A DNA stretch of 64,000 bases from a virus: the IMG/VR virus record IMGVR_UViG_3300028394_002011. One strand, written 5' to 3'. Under the pieces are notes generated by a model, which was given only the letters and a program-made list of their open reading frames with translations, was not told the origin of the DNA and made no database searches. The translations under genes and the position numbers were made by a program. This document shows, piece by piece, positions 28,203 to 40,200 of the stretch (position 1 is its first letter; each line of letters opens with the position of its first letter).

Positions 28203-31200
28203 TTATGAATACCAGATACCTGGGGTTGCTTTTAAAAATTCAGTTATAGCACCTGAATCGTATTGTATATTTAACTTGCTGTCCCAATCTGTACCCATTC
28301 TCTTAACAACAGTTACTTTGACACCTATATCAACAGGAGTCGTTAGTCGAACAGCCGCAGAAATACCGTCCACAGTGAATTCAGCAGCCATTAGTTGATC
28401 AAAATCACTAGGATTTAGTGATGCCACTGAACTTTGCAATTCGTGGTGTACTATATAAGGCGTTTTCTTTAATCGAGTATTTCCAACAAATAACTTCCAA
28501 TAACCCAAATCGTAATCTTGTTTAAAATTTGTTTTGCTAGTATGAGCAACCGTTGCCTGATATGTATAGCTACCTGAAATAACGATTGCGCCAACTGTAT
28601 AAGCTACATTGGAAGTCCAAACAGTATCAATATTATAACCCCCAATAAACACTTCTATTTCATCACACTGTCCATAAGATGTAGATATTGCTGTGCCTGT
28701 ACCTGTTGACAAGTTAACTATAGTCACTGTATTACCAACTGCATATAAGACTCCTGTTGTGTTGGCAACTTTATTCCAATCTGTTGTTCCCAAAGTAACA
28801 ATTTTATACTGGCGTCCTATTGTAAAATTAACGGTTGTTTCTACTACTTTTGTAGGAACAAAATTTAAGTTGATAACAGACGAGCCGTCAGATTCTATTT
28901 GCTGTATTACAGAAGACTCAGTATAAGGCAATGTTTCTGACGGGCCAATATCTTGTACTAAAGTTCCAGTTTTGTGCAGTGTTGGTACACCAGTACCTAA
29001 TGTGCCGCGGCGTAGCTTACTTAATGTATTTCCTGTTAGACCAAAGTATTCTATACGCTCGCCCTTAATCTCAATAATACCTGGACGATTAATAGCAGGA
29101 TTTGGTGCATCAAAATTACTTGCATCGTCGACTACTATGCTAGTATCATTAAATTTTAAAGGTTGTATTAATCGTGTTTGTTTATTTCTACTTAAACGTT
29201 TGTAATGCACACGATTTAACATGTCTTTAAATTGCATATAAGATATAGTTGATCCTAAAACATTATTACCAAATGTAATCAATGTGAATACATCACTAAT
29301 CGCAGGTGTAGTTGCAAGTTGAATACTCTGTTTGTTATCATTCAATTTGTAGTCTACTGAAGGTACTAGTAGTGTATTATTCTTTATAACCCATATGTAT
29401 TCATCAGAAATTACAGTTCTGTCAAGTGCAATCAATCCAGATAACGCTTCTTTATAAGTGTAGTACTCTGTTGAATTTTGAGTTATTGATAAATTAGTAC
29501 TGATTGTAATTGCAGTTCTCTGTATGTCTAGTATATCATGATTATAAGAACTAATGACTTCAACTACATCAGAATTAGTATACGATTCTGAAAATACAAC
29601 TGTATTATTAGTCGGGTTGTATACATAGCCTTGCGAGCTGTTTACTGTTACAATCAATGTTTGATTAACATAAGTTGCATAAGTTATTTTGTTTATTTTA
29701 ATTGTTAGGCCGCCTGGATCTACAGTGTAGTCAGTTCCTAACTTCAGTACTGTTGTTCCAACAATAACTAAAATATTTGTAATAGGAGTAGAATACGGAA
29801 CTATCTTTGTTGGGTCAATTTTATAAGATAATTTATTATTTTTTATTGTAAAATAACTGCTGATAGGTGAAGGTAAAATATTTTGATTTACTCTAACAAT
29901 CATGTTTGCTTCAGCAGGTAAATTATTTCCCACTGGGAATGCCAGTGTATAAGTGTTTGTTCCTGTAGTAACAATTTTTTCTTTTTTAGTTATTGCAAAT
30001 GTTTTTTGGTTGCCTGAAACAATAACATAATTTATCAATGCATTATTAGTAGGTGCTGATTCAAATCGTAGAGCAACACGATTTGCAGTTTCATAACTTG
30101 CATCTGTTTGGAATAAGTCTGGTGTTGCAACAACACCATCTATATAAACAATGCTAGTCACTGCCGATAACCAAGGAGCTTTAGTAATAAATTCACTTGT
30201 TGTTCCATCTGCAATAAAGTAATCAATATCTAAGATATTATTGCCGTTAAATCCTATGTTATAAATGCTTATTATTTCTCCAATCGAAGGAGCTGATATT
30301 AATGATATTTTTCTATTTCTATAATCAATTATGTATTGATCTGAATTTAAAATAATGTTGGATTTCTTAACAACAATTGATTCTGCGCTGTTAGGCGTTT
30401 GTGACATTTTGAACGTTGTTGTTAATCCATCTCCAATAAAATTATCAACTTTAATATTAGCGGCTCCAGAATTTGGTTGATCGTATACTTTGATAGCAAC
30501 CGCATCAACAACTTGACCTGGCACCACTTCTTCAGGAGCAGGGCTACTAGTTGGGGTTACAAATCCATCGCCGTCGATTAAAATATCGTCTGCATTTAGT
30601 CCTGATGCGGTGGCGTAATTCATATCGCCACCGGTAACCAATGAATCGTAATCAATATCTTGGGGAACAATTGATCCGTCACTGGTACTCTTTCGAAGTA
30701 TAAATTTATCGCCAGCTGATACTGTAAAAGTATTAGGGATAGTTATAACATTTGAATTGCCGTTACCTATAAACGTAGATATAACTGCGTTAGCATTAGT
30801 TTGTTGAGGTGTTCCAAAATTTTCATCATCTAATTTAATACTTGGTAGTGTACTAGCAATATTGATAACACTTCCAGAAATTAATGAAGATGTTAAGTTT
30901 ACAAATCCATTAGAAATAATTATGTCAGTATATTTGCTTAACGGTCTAGTAAACACAATAGTCGATGCTGTCGGAACTGTAACATAGATTATTTGATTTA
31001 ACAAAATTTCTGTACTATTTAGAATTGTTTTAATTACAGTATCAACGCCAAAAGATGGTGCAGAAGATGTAGATACTTTATCACCGACTTTTAATCCAAT
31101 TGTACTGCTTAACGATAGTGTGGTAGATCCTGCAACACTCTTAGTAAAATACAAAGTACCGTTAGGTTGTATATTTGGTGAAGCACTTAATGTAACTGTG

Positions 31201-34200
31201 TTATATGTAGGATTAGTTAACAATACAATTTGTTTTGAAGTAAAACCTACACCTAGTACAGACATCCCTGGCAATATTCCAGTGACACTTGCTACTTTTA
31301 TAATAACTGAAGTTGGATCATAAGTTCCTACTGGAATGTAATTTGTTGATGTGCCGCCGGCTGTTGTATTTCTTACCAGCGTTGCTGTAGGATTTGTTCC
31401 AATGTAAGTATATGGATAAACTAATGTATCAGTCACTACTGGTATTGTAGTTAAATTTAAACCTACATAATATGTATTAATCTTAGTTCCTGCTGACGGA
31501 GTATATGGCAATGTAAAAGAATGGGTATTGGCTGCTACTGTTAGTATGTAGTCATCAAATAACGGATCAAAACTATCCCACTTGTCTGTAAACCAAGGTG
31601 TTGTTCCCCAACCGGCACTGATGTCAAATCCAAGTCCTTGTATTATTACTCCACCGTAATCTACTCCAGTCATTAATTGCGATAAATCATTACCAATATC
31701 GCCGTCTTGTGGGTTGTAGTAATGATGTATTCTATCGGCGGCACTTAACAAAGATTGGTTCTTTAGATAAACAATTTTAATTACTTGTCCAGTTTTTGGT
31801 TGCGTGCCTGGAGCAAATGTTATCAATCCTGAATATCTGGTATAATCAGTTTTTGTTATAACGGTTGTTAATTTATAATTTTCTCGCAATACTGGAATAT
31901 CATTAATTGTAACTGTCGATGAACCAATAATAGCATCTGGTGCATAAGTTAGTTTATACTGTAAATTTCCAGTAGTATTAATAAACTCAGTTTCTTCTAA
32001 ATTAACAAAGAAATAAGAATTTGATATTCTATCAAACTTTATTTTAATTAAACCAGATCTAATAACACCGTGATGCTCCGAAGACGATACACTATTTCCA
32101 ATAATTGCAACTGCACGGGCCGCAACTCCAGTTGGTGACAATCCACCTATAAGTGAAACAGTTGGTGCTGATAAGTATCCGGTACCGTGTGTAAGTAGGA
32201 TGATTCGATTAATCACTCCGTTTGTAAAAAATGCCCTAGCAGTTGCGCCACTTCCAGAATCATTTGTAATTTTTACAACAGGTTCTCCGATATAACCAGA
32301 CCCCCCGTTAATAATTTTTATATCTGTTACAATAAATCCAACATTATCTAACCAGTTTTTCCAAGGATATTGTCTAATAGTAGCATCGTCTGCTGTTATA
32401 GATCCCCGAGTTGCATTTGTAGCAATTGTTGTTATTGCATTATTTCTATATATAGGCGGTAAGTCAAAATCTGAAACCATAGTAGGAGTCGAGTCTACTA
32501 ACTGGTAACTACTAACATATTCTCTAATTTTAGATTTAAACGGTTTTACCTCGTTTATATAATCTTGGAAGTTTGATAAATTATCGTTGTTGTACGTCAC
32601 TGGAGTCGATAGTTTTCCGACATTGTGTCGTGCTTTAATGAAACTTGTTTTAAATATCCAATCTAAATAAACTTGCTCACTTAATGCATATCTTACTGTT
32701 GTAAAAAATAAATTTAAATATTTTGTTTTTAAATCATCAATAAAAATATCATTCTTTAAAGATTCTAAAATAATTCTAAGTTCTAAATTAGGGCTATTAT
32801 CAAATGCTATCCCATCATACGTTGTTCCATCATACCCGGTACTAACAGTTGACGATTGATACAATGCGGAATTTAGTTGTATCGTTCCGTTTTCTAAACC
32901 AATCACTTTGTACATTTGTGTATAATCAAACGACTCTACGTTGGATATTTTTTCTAATAATGACCAACCTGTAGTAGTTGTTCGAACTTTAATAATTTGT
33001 CCAACATCATCATTTAGTGTTTTCAAATCTGAAACCATATCTACTGCATGATCAATTGCAGTAAATTGACTATAACCAGACGCAAACCAATCAATTTTTT
33101 TCCAGTATGCAGTTACGTCATAAGATTGAGATTTTGTTCGAGACCAAAGTTTTCCATCTGGATCATATGAGTATATACTCCAGACTCCGCGAGCTCCGGA
33201 ATCGTTTGTTACCAATACAGAATAATCTCGGACAGTTGCAACGGTGTTGTCATCGTATCCTTCTCCTGGGTTTATAATAGTCACTCCAACGATTTGTCCT
33301 GTACCGTTACTACTTAATATAGCTCTAACTATTGCCCCTTCACCGCTGCCTGATATTGAAATATACGGAGCAACTAAGTATCCTCGACCAGTATACGAAA
33401 TATTAACGTCTATTATTTTACCATCAATAATAGTACAACTGTCTATCACTGGTCTTCTAAAAGCTCCAACGTTTACAAATCGTAGCTCGTCTGAAGTTGC
33501 TTGAGTAGTATCATATAATCCGGATACTAGGTTAGGTGCAGATTCTTTTACGTCAATATTAGCAATATTTCGACTATCAACAGTTGGATTCTCTAATAGC
33601 ACAGCGTTAGTTTCTTCAACTAGCTGTTTTAATGCTTCAAATCGATTGATAAACATACCTTGTCTAGGACGATTTTCTACGCCGTAGCGAAGTTTTTCTG
33701 CTAGAGAAAGATCTGGCACATCTCTACCCATGGCATCTTTGCCGCATAAACTGTCAAACCATTTTTGTTCAAGATGTGCAGGGAGTATTGTACCAGAATC
33801 ATTATTAATAATTTTCCACTGACTATGTATATTTTGAGATGTATTATTTACAGTCCAGTATTCTACTGATAGAACTATATTAGAATCTTGTAAATATTCT
33901 GCGGCATTTACTAAACTAAATGAGTTTGTGCCAGTCAATGCAAGATACGTGTAAGCAGAACCTCGAGGGTTTTCAATTAAACTTGCAATATCGCTAGCCG
34001 ATAAATTTCTACTAGGCATATTAGGAATAGTTTTTTTATTTTTTACCCAATAGTAATATGTATATTTCTTTGTTTGAGATCCAGTGTCAAATCTTTCTTT
34101 TATAGAATAAACATTATTTCCATATAAACTCTTACCGCTGATACCATTAGCAATCCCAGCTTCGGTATCGGCCTGAGTATCCCATGCTGCCGGTAATAAT

Positions 34201-37200
34201 GTACTTTCAACCCATTCATACAAATCAACCGTTGCACCAACTGCTAATGAATTCCATACGCTGTTTCTATAAACCACAGAATTATCGTAAGCATCAATTA
34301 ATTTAGTAGTTCTTAAATCCCACCAAATATAACCAACTTGTGATTTACCCCATGGTGCGCCTGAATCAACTGTTACATCATCGCTGGCATTACTAATAGA
34401 GTATGTGGCAGGATCATAGTAGCATGAATATTTGATTTCTTCTCGAGCTGGGCCTGCAATTTTACCCTGGGCTAAATCAATAATGTCTATATATTTTACT
34501 AGTTCGCCGGTAGCTTTGTTATATAAAAATGCAGATTTTATTTTAGAAGGATCAGGTACAGTTATTTGCTGATGTTTAATTGTCCAGCTAAAGGCATTTT
34601 CTTTTTTCTCATAATCAATAACTATACCTGATTGTAAATTTTGATCGAATTCAAAAGGCGCTGTTACAATAATATGATTGTTACCGGTAGCAATACCTTG
34701 GCCAAATCCTGCGGCGGCTGTTTGTAAATTTTCTAAAGTTTCACTATAAATCCATTTTGTTTCATACATGTCGTATACATCAATACGACCAGATTCGACA
34801 GCCAGTTGCGATATATTAGTAGAATCTTTATCAAAAATTGTTTCGTATTCGTCAAAGATAGTTTTTAGAATAGTATCTTCGTCGGAACTATAAACAACCA
34901 GTGTTTTATAATCATTGATGAACGCAACTTTACTTCCAAAATAACCAGAATTTTCTGATTTGTGATTTTTTAATGTTTGATATGGCACAAATGCAGATTC
35001 TGTAAATTTATAAACATTTACTGTTCCTGCATTGGGCTTTTCGTTATTTGCTAAACTATCAGAAATTACTAGATAGTCTGCATTATCAGAAATATCAACA
35101 CTCTTTCCAAAATTTAAATTAGTGCCTGTTATAGTCTGAGACAATACTCCTGACCTATAAATTTTAACTTGCCCAGATAACGAATCGTTATTGGCGGTAA
35201 CTACTAACGCACTATCATCGTCTGTTGCTACTATGCCTGAACCAAAATGTCGATTTGCAACATCTCCAGATAAAGTTGCTGATAGATTAAATCCCCAACC
35301 CACAGTTGAAAACTTAATTAGTCCTATGGGTGTTATATCTGGTTGTTGTGAAATTGTCAGTGTTGTTGAATCTATTACAGAGGATACAATTTGTCCAGAT
35401 GTGAATCCAACACCAGTAATTAACATGCCAGGCAATATTCCTAGTGTAGAAGTAACTTTTAATGTAGTACTTAAACTGCCAACAGGATTATAATATGTAG
35501 TTGCTTGAACATCTACTGAATGTTCTAATTTATAAACACGACCAGCATTACTGTTATAGCCAACTGCTGAAATATATAATATGTCATTAGCAAATGCCAG
35601 TTGTGATCCAAATTTTTCATTATTGGTTGGAAACGGGCTTACAATTGTGTCAACAAGTGTAAAAATATTATTAGCATCTTTGCTATAAAGGCTAATAACA
35701 CCTTGCTCTGTTAAATTGCTAGATGTTCCGCTGAGTATTGTAGAAACATATTTTATTTTTTTCCAAGATGACACATTAGGTATTAGTCCTGCAACACCAT
35801 CTGTACGTGACATTGTACTATTGGTATTATTTTGTAGTGCTTGATAAAATCCAGTATATGCGCCGCTGTTGCCTAGGTATACAATATCATCTGTAACATA
35901 TGCAGTATTAGTATTAAAATCGCCTTTTAATTTTGTGTATGCATTGCTTGCTAGCGGACTTCCTGTAGCTAACCATTTTCCGTCAAACGATAATGCAACT
36001 ACTGTTGCTAGTTTAGATACATTGGGTGAATAGCTGACAAACGGTTTAGTAACAAGTTGTCTTTGTATCCACTGCGCATTATATCCAGATTTATCCCATA
36101 TCTCTGTGTCGCCAGAGTTAGAACCAATTGCAATAATTTTTCCTAGTTTGGTACAAGAGATAGTTTTTCCATAATTTGCACCATCAACAGGAGTAGAGTT
36201 TGGAATAAGTTTTCTGCTGTATACTGGAGAATATTCCCACACGGCCCATTTATTATTACTATCAGAATCAATCCACAACTTGTCGCCTGTAATCAGTGGC
36301 GGACGTGTTCGGCTGTCAACCAAATCCATTGCCGCAGATCGTTGACTAACAAATTTAAAAATTACTACACGTTGAGATTGAGTAAATGGCGGGGCCCAAG
36401 TTGGGATTGTTGCAGAAACTGTAAATGTATTCAGCGATACTGCAATAATTTTATAAAATCCTTTTATTAAATCAACTTGATCTATGCCAATGTAAGAACC
36501 AACTGTAAAATCTACTAGTTCACTCAATGTAATGGTTAAAGTTTTTGCACTGCTACTATAATCTACATTAGTAACTGTAACATTGGAGTCAATATATTTG
36601 TACACATTCCAACCAATGCCTTCAAACGTACATGCTACAAATGCATTTGGTTGAAACAATGCAGGGTCCGTTTTTGTTGACACAATGTCCTCAAGCGACA
36701 TTACAGTAGTAAACACTTCATCAGATCTAAAATAACCCGCGCTTCTTAAATAAGGACGATATTCTGTTAACACCGGCCATGGATTAGATGTATATCCAAC
36801 TGGTTTTAAATATACTTGATTTGAATTGTATGTGATTATGAAATCGTTTGGATCGTCAAAATTTTCTGATAAGTAAAACCCTTGCGGATTACTTCTCATT
36901 TTTGATTCTTCTAATACAAATTCTATCGACTCAAATGCTTCGCTGGCGCCGTACTGACCAGTTCTAATTGCCCACTCTTCATAAAATGTTAAACTTTCTT
37001 CACCAAGTGCAGATTTCACATCAAACAATTTGTTTAAACTGTTTTGTGTTCCTTTTTCGCGAATCATTCCTTGATAAAACTTAAACTCACTTACATCATC
37101 TTTGATAATGTTTGTAAGATATTGTCTTTTTTGATAGCCAATTAAGTGCTGAGCCAGTTGTTGTTGTGCAGTGTCAAAATTATCACTATCTAAACTATAA

Positions 37201-40200
37201 AAGTCAGTAAACTGTTCTGCCTTATATGTCCAGTTTGGTAATAGTTGCGTTACTGGTTTTTTGTCTAGCAATATCCAATCTTCATTAACAAAAGAAACTG
37301 CTCCTGGTAAAAATCTGCTTGCAGTATAGTAGAATTGCTTGTATTTTACAATATCGCCAAGGTCGTAATCTTCCCACGGAGTCCAATTTTGTATCTTGGC
37401 AACATCGAGAATAAATCCAGGAATATCTAATCCACCATACCAGTCGGTGCTAACATATCCTGCAATTTTAATCCTATCTTGTTTATAACCAGTTTCTGGT
37501 TTGAAAATTGTATCATTAAATATAGTAATATTGTTTAACAAAACAACATGTTCTTGCTGTATTAAATAAAATGTTGCGCCATAGATACCGTCTTCACCAC
37601 GCGGACTGTAACTAACTGCGTTATCTTCTCTATAAGAATTGATAAAAGTAGGTTCAAGAGGTGTGCCATCAACTTTAAAAATTTCGTATCCGTTGAATGG
37701 ATTTCGGATGTCATCTATTACGCTTAATTCTGTTTTGAATGTTAATTTTGCGGCGGCTGGACTTAAACTTATTGCTGAGCTGCCGTTATTGTTAAGTCCG
37801 TCTAACTTTGTAAAATCGGTTTCTAAAAATACTGAAGCAGTTGAATTTTTGTTAGCTTTAAAATAATCACCGTTATAACGAACTATATCGCCATACGTTA
37901 TACGCATACCGGGTGTCCACTCTACCCACTTATCTTGTCCAGTACTCCAATTTTGTGTTGTCCAGAATAAAAATTCTTTAGCACTAGTTTCCCAGTTAGT
38001 AACTGCTTTGAGTACTGGATTAAATTCGTCAAATATAAATCCTTCATCTTTTAACCACTCTCCGTATCCTAGCAAGAAATCAACAACTTCTTGTATCTTT
38101 TCAAATTTAGTGCCGTATGGGATTGTGTTAATAATAGATTTATCCCACGATTTTCTTATCACTGCATCACGGCCGCCAATGATTGGTAAACGTGGAAGTG
38201 CTTCGTAATAAGAATTACTAAAAGTACCCGAAGTAGTGTGCATTACTACTGATCTAAAATATTGATTATTATATTTGACAACTTGGCCCAAGCCGTAATG
38301 TTCGTTGGCTGTCCATGCAACAAAATTTTCAGATATTCCGCCAATGTTTATAGTAACTCCAGACTGCTGATATTGGTAGTATTTAAAATAAGGAGTGCTC
38401 TTACTATATCCTTTAATTTCATAACCGTCAGGTAATTTACTAACAATTACTCCGCTGTAGGTTAATTTCTTTATTGGAGAAGACGAATTTAAAATCACCG
38501 TATAGTCTTCAGGCGGAACAAACACACTACTCGTTGACAACGGAGATTTAGAGTCTAGCAATAGTTTAAATTTTTCTTTTGATGTAAATGCACCCACTCT
38601 ATGACTTAATTTTGTATTAAGATAGGTCAAATCATAAGCATACGTATCGTAAGATTTTAAATTATCACTTAGGATATAATTTATAATATAGTTAATAATA
38701 CCCGATGTTTGTACACGTTCGGCGCTAGAATAGATACTTGGAAATTTAATATCTTCTGATTTAATTCGTAAACCAGTTTCATTATAAACTAATTGCCCGC
38801 AGAGATTTCTTGTTATTCTAGATCTGTCTAATAATTTTCCAAAAGTATCGGAAGGTTTTAATAAAATTGCTGTTAATATAACACTAAACGCATAATGACT
38901 ACTTCTTCTCCAAGCAGTTTCAACAGGACTGCCATCGCCAAATACAAAATCTGTTTGAGAATGGGCTGTTATTGTTCCAGAAATAAATCCAGATACCAAC
39001 GGATTAACCAAGTTACCGGTAGAATCTACAGGTAAATGTTTTAATAGAAATGGTTTAATATAATTTTTTACTTGCACTGCTGGTGCATCTGGGTTACGTA
39101 TAAATCCTTCAGATATGTCCTTCCACATCACAAGATTATCGCTAGTATACGGTGCTGGGCCGTATAATGTTTGCCACCAACTTGGTTCAATACTAAATCC
39201 TAACATTTCCCATGGGCAAATATTTGGGCGATCAGTGTCATAGATCCACTGATAAATTCTGCGCCAGTATCCCGGAGTTTCTTGACCGTCGGGGGTACTA
39301 AATGAATTATACTTAAAAGTAAAAGGATTATTTCTATCAAAACTTAACGGTTTTGTAAAATCTCTATCAACTAATGACGCCCATTGGTAGAATGAAGGAG
39401 CTAATACTTGATCAAATTCTTTTCTGGAATAATCTCCAGGTCTATTATAACTAGGTATTAGTTCTGCAACATCAAAAATTTCTGTATTGTATTCTACTTT
39501 AATATTATTAAAAATTCTTTTTTCTAATTCAAGGATAATTGCATCTCGATAGTCGGCAACGCCGTTTATACCGTAAGTACCATATGCAAGTACGTGACTA
39601 CCGTCGTGGCCTTGTATCATCCAACGCGGAGTAACCAATGTTGTATCTAAGTAAAGCATTGGTTTATATTTTGGCCACATGCCTAATTTAGTCGGTGTTT
39701 CTGGAATGAATGAGCCGTCTGTGCTGTCATATTCAACAATAGATATTGTATCGTTTTCAGCCAGAGTATAATTAATAACAACAAATCCTTGCTCATTAAA
39801 ATAATAATCTGCTTGATAAATTAATTGTAAATCGTTAACATAGACAATAACAGCTTTGTTGGATAAAATATCTAATGTAAAGTTTGTTTTTAACGGATAT
39901 GTTTTTATTCGAGGATCAACAACTGTGATATTTGTTTTTACGCCGGTACGATACGGTACCATATCACTGAAATAATACGGATCTGTTTTAGACTTATCTT
40001 TGTTAATTTGTTCTAGTATTAAATCAACTTGTTTAGACGGAGTAGTTTCAATTCCTAAATTTAATGCTACTGCTAAGAAATTCTTTTTAAATTGAATATA
40101 TTTGTCTCTGTTTTCTTGTATTGCTCGGATCACATTATTAGTGTCAGTTGTAATATGATATAAAGAAATACTTGAAGGGCTACTATGTTGTACAAACTTA